Of a stretch of DNA of 64,000 nucleotides, positions 27,336-36,867 are shown piece after piece. The stretch is taken from positions 19,645-83,644 of the IMG/VR virus record IMGVR_UViG_3300002026_000017; one strand, 5' to 3'. The position numbers and the translations under genes were made by a program. A model generated the notes under the pieces. The model did not search any database. It was given only the letters and a program-made list of their open reading frames with translations, and was not told the DNA's origin. Positions within the stretch are counted from its first letter, which is position 1. Each line of letters begins with the position of its first letter. This stretch comes from a virus. Taxonomy: Duplodnaviria > Caudoviricetes.

Positions 27336-28838
27336 TTAAAGCATAGCTAAAATATCGTCTACAGTTTTAGAAGAAGCAATTGCTGATGCAATATCTGCTG
27401 TTTCTTCGTCAACATTTCCGAAAACATCAACAGGAGGTAAATCAGCAAATTCATCAAAATCTTCAACAACACCAACAGCTTGTGGTATTTGTTGTTTTTG
27501 TATTGCTTGTTGAACAGCTAATTGTAATGAAGTACCAGTTGCTAATTGTTGAACAACAGCTTGTTGAACTTGCATTTTTTGTTGTGGTGTTACAGGTAAT
27601 TGAGCAATAGCTGATTTTAAACTATCTTGTAAAGATAATCCTTTCAAACGATTTTCTTCAATTTTAGCATTAACTGATTTAAGAAGTGTTGCTTTTGATT
27701 TAACAAAACCTGGGTTTAATTCTCCGTGAATAGCAATTTTTGCTTTTAACAATTTAATTTGTTCAATATTTGCTCGGATTTTGAAATTAATATTTCCACG
27801 TGTTTTTGCATTTGGAGCAGCTTCAGCTAAACTTAAAAGTTCTTCATTTTTCTTAGTAATTTCAGCAATTTTCAATTTGAATTGTTTTGCTCTTGCATCC
27901 AATACAGCAGTACCAGTTGTTAAATTACCATTAACAATAATATTTTTAACTTTTTCAGAAGCTTCAGGACTAACCATTGTTAACGCTCTATACATACCTT
28001 TAATATCATTTGTTGCTCTTGCATCAAATGCTAATTTAAAATATTTTCTATCAGAACGTGATAAACCATTAATATATGCTTTTATTGTTTTATCATATGA
28101 ATTAATAGATTTCAATACTGTTGATTGTCTTGCATTTTCATTAACACCAAATTCACCTTTAATAGCATTAAATTCTTGTAATTCAGCTTCTGTTTTTCTT
28201 GCTGCAAAACCTAATTTTTTCTGGTCTTCCTTAATAGAAGCTAATTTAGCTTTTGTTTTTGCAGCTAATAAAGCCTTAACTTTTGCTGGATTTTTTCTTG
28301 CAACAATTTTCTTGTTAACAACAGCTTTTGTTTCAGATTTAGCTGCATCTCTTGGAGCAATAATAGAATCACCATACATTAAAGTTAAATAAACTCCAGG
28401 AAATTTATAAGCTTTTTTAACATATGTATCGAAAGGAACAACCTCTGATTTTAGATTTGCAATATCAGCTTCTGTATTACCTGTAGCTGAATCAGCTTGT
28501 ATAATAATTACGGAAATATTATCTGTATTTGTGAATGATGATGAATCTTCTTTTGAAAGACCACTCATAAACAATTCAACATCAGCTGCCGCATTATCTG
28601 TAAATTCTCCAAAAGTTTTATATGCTGTAATTTTAAAGTTTGGAGCTTTTTTCAAACCTTTACCACCTTTTTTAGCATTTACAGTACTAAAATTAAATGT
28701 TGATAATTTACCTAAAACGTCTGGTCTTCCTTCAATCATTTTCATGATTGAACCATTGATTCCATGTCCTGATAGACATACTTTTGTGTTTTCAGCTAAT
28801 TGCTGTGTACACTGAACGACATATTCTTTTCTTGTCAT
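27336..28838 (-). CDS. Abundant Lys/Ala-rich hypothetical protein with acidic C-tail (start probably 28838, MTRKEYVV)
   Basis: Codon usage like MCP/tube; long upstream intergenic region and own terminator; the track start at 28880 is less plausible. Confidence 0.8.
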   Translation of the reverse strand: MTRKEYVVQCTQQLAENTKVCLSGHGINGSIMKMIEGRPDVLGKLSTFNFSTVNAKKGGKGLKKAPNFKITAYKTFGEFTDNAAADVELFMSGLSKEDSSSFTNTDNISVIIIQADSATGNTEADIANLKSEVVPFDTYVKKAYKFPGVYLTLMYGDSIIAPRDAAKSETKAVVNKKIVARKNPAKVKALLAAKTKAKLASIKEDQKKLGFAARKTEAELQEFNAIKGEFGVNENARQSTVLKSINSYDKTIKAYINGLSRSDRKYFKLAFDARATNDIKGMYRALTMVSPEASEKVKNIIVNGNLTTGTAVLDARAKQFKLKIAEITKKNEELLSLAEAAPNAKTRGNINFKIRANIEQIKLLKAKIAIHGELNPGFVKSKATLLKSVNAKIEENRLKGLSLQDSLKSAIAQLPVTPQQKMQVQQAVVQQLATGTSLQLAVQQAIQKQQIPQAVGVVEDFDEFADLPPVDVFGNVDEETADIASAIASSKTVDDILAML

Positions 28839-29037
28839 TTTAATTAATTTTTTAATTGTACAATTATTTTTTGGGAACACCCCGATTTAAAATATCTTTT
28901 CACATTTTACAATGCTCGAAATTTGTTATCTTTAAAATACTCGCGATTATTTTTAAAATAATTAAGCAAATTTCCGTACGATATTTTATTGTTTGAAATT
29001 ATATATTATTAATAATAATTCCATATAATTTGATTAT

Positions 29038-32000
29038 TTATTTCCTAGTTAAATCATCAACAATAACAACATTCATTTTTTTAGGGAAATCAATTCCACA
29101 AGCATCAACAACTTGTTGTAATAAACTTATTACTGTAGCTTCAAAATCTGAATTATTTTTATTTAATTGTGTTGAAGGTTTTTTAGTATTTTCTTTTCCT
29201 TTTTGGTTTATATTTGTACCAAATGTATTATTAACAGCATTTGTAAATGGATTACCAGGTATTGTATTTGAATTACTTGATGTTGAAACATTATTAAATG
29301 TTCCTTGATTATCTTTAACCATTCCTAATAATTCTGTTAAAGATTCAACAGCTTGTTTTAAATTTTCACCATTATTTTTTTCAATAAGATTTTTAATGTT
29401 TCTTTCAAAAGCTGTAGCTTTTTCAATATCAATACTATTAATATTTTTTGCTATACCACCAAATTGGTCTTTAATAATTTTTAAATTATTTTGAATTCTT
29501 TTCCATTTAACTTGGTCTGAAAGATTATTTGTAAATTTAGTAAAAATATCATTCAAATTTGTTAATGTTTTTGTTTCAGCATTTTTAAGTGAATCAAAAA
29601 AATGAACTAAATTTGATATTGAATCATCAATTAAATCGTTATCCAATGTTGATAATTTTTTGAAAACAAACATAAATGTATTTGTCATAACCATTAAAGA
29701 CATAGAAAAATTACTTAATAATGCTGGATTTGATACCATTGGAATTGATGAATATGTTTTTACAGATTCAGCTAATGGTTTAAAAGCATTACCTAATTGA
29801 GATAACATTTCAATCCCTTTTAATGCTGTTGAAGATTTAAAGGGATTTGTTATTACTTTACCACCAATAACAAATGATGCTGAATTACTACCAAGAATTA
29901 CTAATGGTTCTATTAAACATTGTAACATTGAACCTAAATTTTCACCTACTTTTTTAAAATCATCACTATTTAATGTTCTAACTCCACTTAAAACTAATTT
30001 ACCATCTTTTACAGTATATTCATAAAATTTCATATTGGCCATCATTTGAATAACATTTGCTATTCCACCACCAACACTCATTAATTTTGCTAAGGCTTTT
30101 ATTCCATTTTCAGATGATTTTAATTTATCTTCGTTTTTAGATAATGTATCTGACATCATTGTTGTAAATGAATCAATAACACCTCCTAATGAATTTATTT
30201 TTTCAACATTAAATTCCGTATTAGATATTGATGATAATACTTTTGATGCTAACCAACCAGCTGAAAATATTGGTAATAATAAAACCGCTTTTGCTGCAAT
30301 TTTAACTAAATTCCAACCACCAATATTATTAATTGAATTAACTAATGTTTTTGCTCCATTACCAAAAGCAATTATTTTATCATTATTTATTATTAATCCG
30401 TTTAATTTAGATAAAACTTTTGCTCCTAAATAAGCTGAAGTAAAAATTGGTAATAAAGCTATTGCAACACCAGCTGCAAATGGAACAGTTAAAATCATTT
30501 TTGCAAATCCCCAAATTAAACTACCAACACCTAAAATAAAATTATTAATTGATTGATTATTAAATGACATATTTGATATTGCCCAAAGTGATAAAGCTCC
30601 TAATAAACCAGCAGTTACTATTGGAATAAATAAAGATGAACCAATAGCTCCTGGTATCGCTGGTATCGCTAATGCAGCAAAACCTATAGCTAAAATTCCT
30701 GCTGATAATATGAAATTTCCAATATTTTTATAATTAAATGACATATTTGATATTGCCCAAATTGATAATGCTATTAATATAGAACCAACAGACATACCAA
30801 TCATAGATAAAACACCAACACCTATCAAAGCAGCTACTGCTGGTACTCCAGCTGCGGCAAAAATAGCTCCTAAACCAACAAGAGTCAATCCAAAAGATAT
30901 AGCATCTCCTAAAGTCCAATTTATTTTTTTGAAAACATATAAAGCCCCTGAAATAAATAATATACCTGCTCCAATACCTATCATATTTAATGTTTCGGTT
31001 CCTTTAAATAATTTTAAAATTAATCCAAGACCACCAAGAAATAATAATGTTTTTCCAAGAGCTTCCCAAGGTAATTCATTAATAGCATACATAGCTAATA
31101 CCATAATACCAAACCCAAATGCAAATGAAATCATAGCATTTTTTGGTCCCATTTTATCAAAATTAAATAATTTCATTACTAAACCTAAACCAGCTATAAA
31201 TAAAATACCTTTAATTAAAATTTCGTTATCTATTTCACCAATAGCCAATATTCCAAGTGTCATTAATCCAATACCTAATGCAAACATAACCATTGAATTT
31301 TTAGGTCCTTTTTCATCAAAATTAAATAATGACATAGTTAACCCAAGTCCCATAACAAAAACAATCATTTTAAATATACTAGGCCATTTAACTATAGTCA
31401 TAACAATCATTGCAAGAGTTAAAATACCTATACCTGTTGCAAATTGAATCATTTTATTATTTGTTGCATTTCCTGAACCAATAAAATTTAAAGCTAATCC
31501 AAGACCCCCTATAAAAACAATCATTTTAGCTACTGATTCCCAATCAACAAATTTAATTGCTAACATTGTTATTGTAAAAATACCAATACCTAATGCAAAC
31601 ATTATCATGGGATTATTTTTAATACTATCTGTTTTTGTTGAATTACCACCTAACATAGAAAAACCTCTCAAAGCTAAATTCAAACCACCAATAAATAATA
31701 ACATTTTTACTCCAGATTCCCAAGATACAAATTGCATAGCAATCATTGCAACTGTTAAAGCTAATATAGAATATCCAAGTTTATCAATATTGTTATTTTT
31801 TATTGATTTATCATCAGAAAATTTTGTTATCATATTTAACATTAAACCAATAGCACCAATAGCTAATAAAAATACTGGGTTTATTACCAAAAATGTTAAT
31901 AAAGAAAAAGCAAGTGTTAATCCTGATAAAGCAAGTGCTGGTTTCCATAAAGTTTTACCTAATTTTGAAATAATATCTGAAAAATTAGTTATATTAGTTT

Positions 32001-32643
32001 CAAAAGCATGTGATTTACTTTCAGGAACATCTATTAATTTTAAATATGCTTCACCAAATTTATTTAATTTTTGTATTAATTTATCTGTTAAATTTTTCTT
32101 AATAGATATTAATGATGTGGCTAAATCTGTTATTGTTTTAAAAACACTTGAAATTGCTTTTCCACCTTTTTCAACATCTTCTTTTGATTCGGTATTTTTT
32201 GATTCAGTATTATTTTTAGGTTTTTTTATTAGAAAATCTAAGATTTTTGTTGATTTTTCAGAAATATTTTTTAAAAAATCATTATCTTTAGATGTTGAAA
32301 CATTATTAATTTGTGGTGGTTGAACAATAATATTTGTTGGTCTTTCAATTAAAGGATTATTATTTAAACTTAATTTATTAATTGATTCATAAATATCTTG
32401 TAATTGGAAATTTGTTAATTTTGTTTGAAATATTAAATCTTTAATACTTTCGTATTTTTTTGATGAATACATTAATACTTTCATTAATGGTACTTCAACA
32501 GAATCATAAATTGAATTAATTTTCCATGAAATTAAATTTAAAATATCAATGCTTTCTTTATTATCTTCAGAAATTTTAGATAATAAAGAAACCATTGATG
32601 ATAAACCTATTTCGACCTGATTAGGTGCTGGTACTGATTGCAT
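29038..32643 (-). CDS. Tape measure protein
   Basis: 1201 aa helical protein with Gly/Ala-rich hydrophobic repeats and periodic Trp; downstream of tube and chaperone-like genes. Confidence 0.85.
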   Translation of the reverse strand: MQSVPAPNQVEIGLSSMVSLLSKISEDNKESIDILNLISWKINSIYDSVEVPLMKVLMYSSKKYESIKDLIFQTKLTNFQLQDIYESINKLSLNNNPLIERPTNIIVQPPQINNVSTSKDNDFLKNISEKSTKILDFLIKKPKNNTESKNTESKEDVEKGGKAISSVFKTITDLATSLISIKKNLTDKLIQKLNKFGEAYLKLIDVPESKSHAFETNITNFSDIISKLGKTLWKPALALSGLTLAFSLLTFLVINPVFLLAIGAIGLMLNMITKFSDDKSIKNNNIDKLGYSILALTVAMIAMQFVSWESGVKMLLFIGGLNLALRGFSMLGGNSTKTDSIKNNPMIMFALGIGIFTITMLAIKFVDWESVAKMIVFIGGLGLALNFIGSGNATNNKMIQFATGIGILTLAMIVMTIVKWPSIFKMIVFVMGLGLTMSLFNFDEKGPKNSMVMFALGIGLMTLGILAIGEIDNEILIKGILFIAGLGLVMKLFNFDKMGPKNAMISFAFGFGIMVLAMYAINELPWEALGKTLLFLGGLGLILKLFKGTETLNMIGIGAGILFISGALYVFKKINWTLGDAISFGLTLVGLGAIFAAAGVPAVAALIGVGVLSMIGMSVGSILIALSIWAISNMSFNYKNIGNFILSAGILAIGFAALAIPAIPGAIGSSLFIPIVTAGLLGALSLWAISNMSFNNQSINNFILGVGSLIWGFAKMILTVPFAAGVAIALLPIFTSAYLGAKVLSKLNGLIINNDKIIAFGNGAKTLVNSINNIGGWNLVKIAAKAVLLLPIFSAGWLASKVLSSISNTEFNVEKINSLGGVIDSFTTMMSDTLSKNEDKLKSSENGIKALAKLMSVGGGIANVIQMMANMKFYEYTVKDGKLVLSGVRTLNSDDFKKVGENLGSMLQCLIEPLVILGSNSASFVIGGKVITNPFKSSTALKGIEMLSQLGNAFKPLAESVKTYSSIPMVSNPALLSNFSMSLMVMTNTFMFVFKKLSTLDNDLIDDSISNLVHFFDSLKNAETKTLTNLNDIFTKFTNNLSDQVKWKRIQNNLKIIKDQFGGIAKNINSIDIEKATAFERNIKNLIEKNNGENLKQAVESLTELLGMVKDNQGTFNNVSTSSNSNTIPGNPFTNAVNNTFGTNINQKGKENTKKPSTQLNKNNSDFEATVISLLQQVVDACGIDFPKKMNVVIVDDLTRK

Positions 32644-32653
32644 TTATTTTTAA

Positions 32654-32971
32654 TTAAATTTTGGTTACTGTTGTTCCCATTTTTTGAATCATATTATTAA
32701 CAATTGTTGGTAATTCATTCAAACTATTAATAATATATTTTTTACCTTCGGAATATATATTCCATTCAAGTAATAAAGAATCATAAATAAGTACAAAATC
32801 TTTTGTAACAGTTCCCTTTTTACCTGTAACATATAATATAACTGAAGCAACACTATTTGAATGTGGAGAAATTATAAATGATATTGACCTTTTACGAAAA
32901 GATGACATATTACCATATATAGCAATATATAATTTATTTATTTCTGAATTTGGTATATTTTCAATAATCAT
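32654..32971 (-). CDS. Hypothetical protein
   Basis: 105-aa ORF directly upstream of TMP. Confidence 0.65.
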   Translation of the reverse strand: MIIENIPNSEINKLYIAIYGNMSSFRKRSISFIISPHSNSVASVILYVTGKKGTVTKDFVLIYDSLLLEWNIYSEGKKYIINSLNELPTIVNNMIQKMGTTVTKI

Positions 32972-32973
32972 TT

Positions 32974-34833
32974 TTATTTGGGATTAATTGTTAAAAATCC
33001 ACTTAAAGTTTTTAATTCTTCAAAACTTTTTGATTGTAATGTTTTTACTTCTTTATTTATTGAATACATTAAAGTAAAAATATATTGTCTTGCATTATAA
33101 TTTCTATCGGTACCTTGTTTTTTAAGAATTGTTTTGTATCTTTCCTCATAAGGAACTCTACTTTTTTCAGATATTAAATTATCTTCATAATATTTTTCAG
33201 ATGTAATATAATCTTTACCATTTCGTTTATCGCCACCTATTACTTGTTCAGCTGAATATGTTAATATAAAATAATCCAAATAATTTGTTTTACCAATTAT
33301 TGTTTCTGCGGCATAAGCTGAACTAATATCTTTTTTCGTATCTAATTGAGATAATACTTCTTTAATAAATATACCATTTTCAGGATATTCAACAATATTA
33401 TCATAAATACTTACAAAAGCATTTTTTAAATTTCGATATGTTATTTTATTTATCAAATAAACTTCTCGATTATCTTCATCTTCTGAATATACACCAAATT
33501 GTGTCCAATCAAATTCATTAAAAAATTCATTCAATTTTTCTTCAAATTTATCAAGTAATAATTTTTGAATATCTAGAAGAGAAGAAAAATTCAAACTATG
33601 TTTCCATTCATTATCAATTTTGGATTTAAACATAATTTGGTATGTTCCCTTAATTGATGTTTCATAAATATAAACACGTAACCATTGATTTTTACCTGTT
33701 TTAGTTTCAATTAAAATTTGAGAAAATTCATCATCTCCATCATATAAAGGTTTAATTAAATATTTTCTTGTTAATGCAAGTTTATTAATAACTAATGATA
33801 ATGGATTTGCTTTTGAATTTGATTTTAATCTTGCTTGAGTAACATTAAAACCAACTACATAATAATCGGAAATTATTTTAGCAATAAATTCAATATCACA
33901 ATTAATTTCGGATATATATTTACTTCTTGATTCTTGAATAAAAACTAATAATCTTTTTGATGTATTAAAATCTAATGGAATTGATAAAATTATTGTTGTT
34001 CCTTTATTTGAAGCATAAGGACTATTTAATGGAGCACCAAAAGAATAATTTATAGGATGTAATCTATAATCTGATTTTATTGAAGCTAATTTTTTATTCA
34101 AATTACCAATACCACGCAAATCAACTTTTCTTGATTTAACATAATTATCTGTTAATTTCCAAACAATTTCAGTAATTTTATTTATTTCTTCATTACCAAC
34201 ATCACTTTTTAATGATGGTTTATGTTTACTCCAACCTTCAATAGGTTTTATTTCTGTAAAATCAAAATCTGTTATTGATAAATTCTCCATTCCAGGAGTA
34301 AATTCAGCAATATCTTGTATTTCTTCAACAGCTTTAACTAAATCAATATCAACAGGAAGAATATCATTTGTTAATTCCTCATAAGTTTCAATTAATTCCT
34401 CATTAACTTTTTCTGCATTTATTTCTGGTAATTCTTGTATTTGTAATTGTAAAACATTTTGTTCTTTTTGTTCCTGTTGTATAATATTTTGTATTACTGG
34501 AACATTAACATTATTTTCACGAATTTTAGCTTTTTTAGATAAAACCTGTATTTTAAGTTCTGATAATGATTTAGTTTCAATAGCGGAAACTAAATCTTGA
34601 TGTTTAGTTTCCTCTATTGATTTAGGAATAATGATTTGATTATTTTGTATTGGAGTTTCAGCAATTGATTGTTGATTTATTGATTCTTCACTAGTTAAAA
34701 ATAAAGATTTATCAATTTTTTTAACTTTATAATTTGGAGTAATTTTTTGATTAGTATTACTATCCAATTTATTAAAATCTAATATACCTTCATTTAAAAC
34801 ATTCAAATCCTTTAAATCCTTATTTTGTTCCAT
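32974..34833 (-). CDS. Hypothetical protein (disordered N-third, globular C-part)
   Basis: 619-aa ORF; VLNEG motif near the N-terminus. Confidence 0.75.
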   Translation of the reverse strand: MEQNKDLKDLNVLNEGILDFNKLDSNTNQKITPNYKVKKIDKSLFLTSEESINQQSIAETPIQNNQIIIPKSIEETKHQDLVSAIETKSLSELKIQVLSKKAKIRENNVNVPVIQNIIQQEQKEQNVLQLQIQELPEINAEKVNEELIETYEELTNDILPVDIDLVKAVEEIQDIAEFTPGMENLSITDFDFTEIKPIEGWSKHKPSLKSDVGNEEINKITEIVWKLTDNYVKSRKVDLRGIGNLNKKLASIKSDYRLHPINYSFGAPLNSPYASNKGTTIILSIPLDFNTSKRLLVFIQESRSKYISEINCDIEFIAKIISDYYVVGFNVTQARLKSNSKANPLSLVINKLALTRKYLIKPLYDGDDEFSQILIETKTGKNQWLRVYIYETSIKGTYQIMFKSKIDNEWKHSLNFSSLLDIQKLLLDKFEEKLNEFFNEFDWTQFGVYSEDEDNREVYLINKITYRNLKNAFVSIYDNIVEYPENGIFIKEVLSQLDTKKDISSAYAAETIIGKTNYLDYFILTYSAEQVIGGDKRNGKDYITSEKYYEDNLISEKSRVPYEERYKTILKKQGTDRNYNARQYIFTLMYSINKEVKTLQSKSFEELKTLSGFLTINPK

Positions 34834-34839
34834 TTTATT

Positions 34840-35067
34840 TTACTTAAATTTTGGTGTTTTTATTTTCGGAGCTTTAATTGAACCCATCATATTTTTTGAT
34901 TGTCCCATCATTTTTTCATGTTCTTTTTGAACATCTGTATTTGTTCCATTCCCACGATTATTTTCATCTTCTAAATATTTATTTAATGATTTACCAAGAT
35001 TTGTGAATTTCCAAAATTCCATTTTTTCAATTTGTTCAAAAGAATTAGCAGTTTTAACACTAATCAT
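34840..35067 (-). CDS. gp51-like tail/hub assembly chaperone C-terminal part; frame is open upstream to about 35250
   Basis: SFEQIEKMEFWKFTNLGKSLNKYLEDENNR resembles gp51/GT-type chaperone tails; no stop in this frame between a TAA at 35248-35250 and 34840. Confidence 0.6.
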   Translation of the reverse strand: MISVKTANSFEQIEKMEFWKFTNLGKSLNKYLEDENNRGNGTNTDVQKEHEKMMGQSKNMMGSIKAPKIKTPKFK

Positions 35068-35179
35068 TATACATTCATCAAAATAACTTTCAGCAGATAT
35101 TATTGATTGTTTATAAATTTCTGAAATTGTTGGAAATTCAATATTTTTTTGTTTTTCTTTTAAATAAATAGGATATATT

Positions 35180-36142
35180 TTATTCGAATATTCCTCCGAG
35201 AGCTCCTTTATCGATAAACATATTTTTCCATCCCCCGGGAAATTTTATAAGAGCCTCCTCCTCAGACTCCCTGTATGTATATACTATTTTTTCGTAATTG
35301 TTTAATTTCAATTTATTAATAATAGTTATGTAGGCATTCAACAATCCATCATTTTTTTGAATTTGTTTGAATTTTTGTTTTAATGATTCAATAGTTTCAT
35401 TACCATTAACATATAAATATGGAGCTACTAATAAAAATTGTTTATCAAATGAATCAACATTTTTAATTTTATCATTATTTTCTTTTTGAACCTCTTTATA
35501 TGTTTTAACCATATAACGGAAAACTCTTGCAGAAATTTCTAATGTTGGAATTAAAAATTTTATTGGTTCTTCTTGATTTTCAACAGTAATTGTAAATGTT
35601 CTTCCATCAAAACAAGAAAGCAATTTTTCATTTAATTCAGGATATTGCAATAATTCAGCTAATAATGAAACAGTTACAGATTCATTATGTGTTTGATTCA
35701 TAACAATATATTGAATTGGTTTGTCATGTAAATAAAATTCTCTCAATTTTAAAAAGAAAAATAATCTATCACCATCATTTATTTGTGAAGAAGAAATTTC
35801 TCTATTTTTGTTTGAATCAACAATAACAAAACATTTTTTGATTAAATCTTCAACAGCTGCAATAATTGCTGGTTGGTCTTCTTCATTTATTGTAGAAAAA
35901 TTTGCTACCTCCATACTTGTAGGACATCTGTAACCAAATCGCCATGTTTGTGGATATAATAAACCTTCAAAAGGAAGTTCTTCATTTTTTAAAATACGAT
36001 AACCATCAATCGCTGATGGTAATTTATATTCTCCTAAATATTCTCCTTCTTTAGTTTTTTCATTGTTTGAAGGATTATTAAATAATCCTTCTTCTGTTAA
36101 TCTATTTTCAAGATTTTTTAAATTATCGGTGTTATCAGCCAT
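35180..36142 (-). CDS. Baseplate hub assembly/tail assembly chaperone (T4 gp26-like)
   Basis: YRCPTSMEVANFSTINEEDQPAIIAAVEDLIKKC and DRLFFFLKLREF resemble gp26-family proteins; located between tube and TMP. Confidence 0.65.
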   Translation of the reverse strand: MADNTDNLKNLENRLTEEGLFNNPSNNEKTKEGEYLGEYKLPSAIDGYRILKNEELPFEGLLYPQTWRFGYRCPTSMEVANFSTINEEDQPAIIAAVEDLIKKCFVIVDSNKNREISSSQINDGDRLFFFLKLREFYLHDKPIQYIVMNQTHNESVTVSLLAELLQYPELNEKLLSCFDGRTFTITVENQEEPIKFLIPTLEISARVFRYMVKTYKEVQKENNDKIKNVDSFDKQFLLVAPYLYVNGNETIESLKQKFKQIQKNDGLLNAYITIINKLKLNNYEKIVYTYRESEEEALIKFPGGWKNMFIDKGALGGIFE

Positions 36143-36151
36143 TATTTTAAT

Positions 36152-36168
36152 TATTTATATTATTTATA
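36152..36168 (-). promoter_or_regulatory. Tandem T4-type late promoter boxes TATAAATA x2
   Basis: tatttata at 36152-36159 and 36161-36168, directly upstream of the gp26-like ATG; gp55-like gene present. Confidence 0.55.
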
Positions 36169-36531
36169 TTATTTTTGATTTGATAAAAAATCCAATATGT
36201 TTTTAGGTGTATTTCGTTGTTCCTGTTGATGATTATTTTGTGTTAAATTATTTGGTAATTCACTTAAAATATTTTTTAATTTCTTATTTCCAATAGTTTG
36301 TTCACTATTTCTTTTAAGATACATTCCCGGAGTACGATTTTCATCATAAATATTTATACCTTTTTTATCTAAAATATTTAAAACTTCAATCGCTTGGTCT
36401 TTAAAACTTTTTATCTCTGGAATACCATATTTTTGTTTATTTTTAGTGTCACCATTAATGTTTTCACTCAAATCATCAACATTAGCAACTTTTTCAATCC
36501 CATTATCTTTATTTCGAGGTTTAAATGCCAT
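36169..36531 (-). CDS. Hypothetical protein
   Basis: 120-aa ORF. Confidence 0.65.
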   Translation of the reverse strand: MAFKPRNKDNGIEKVANVDDLSENINGDTKNKQKYGIPEIKSFKDQAIEVLNILDKKGINIYDENRTPGMYLKRNSEQTIGNKKLKNILSELPNNLTQNNHQQEQRNTPKNILDFLSNQK

Positions 36532-36544
36532 ACGAAATTATATT

Positions 36545-36847
36545 TTAAAATTCTAAATTAATTAACACGAAATCATTTAATGCTTTTAAATTTTCTTCAT
36601 CTTTAACGCATATATTTATTAAATGCGGTTTTACGAAATTATCAATTAAAAATCTTTTTCTTGTTGAAAGAAAATTTTCAATAAATTCAGCTTGTTCATC
36701 AACATCATCAAAATCTTCAAAATGTTCTCCAGCTACTTGTTCCATGAACATTTGAATTGATGAATAATCAAAAAAATCTTGTTTTTTAAAACCAGCAATA
36801 ATTACTTTTTCGTAAGCAGCTATTGATTCTTTATTTGTTGGTATCAT
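36545..36847 (-). CDS. Hypothetical protein
   Basis: 100-aa acidic ORF. Confidence 0.65.
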   Translation of the reverse strand: MIPTNKESIAAYEKVIIAGFKKQDFFDYSSIQMFMEQVAGEHFEDFDDVDEQAEFIENFLSTRKRFLIDNFVKPHLINICVKDEENLKALNDFVLINLEF

Positions 36848-36867
36848 ATATTAACATTTTTATTAAA

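Noticed and set aside
27380-28815. Plus-strand ORFs 27380-27610, 27781-28392, 28531-28815
   Set aside because: Antisense to a strongly biased, well-formed minus-strand gene; no motifs
27336-28838. Chimallin (phage nucleus shell) or tubulin identity for the Lys/Ala-rich protein
   Set aside because: No tubulin GGGTGSG motif and no recognisable chimallin features; identity left open
29030-32323. Plus-strand ORFs of 92, 172 and 238 aa, and the nested minus ORF 30734-30919
   Set aside because: Shadows of the tape measure gene
35186-35245. -1 frameshift at the end of the gp26-like gene
   Set aside because: No canonical X XXY YYZ heptamer and the -1 frame stops after a few codons; only the +1/-2 frame is productive
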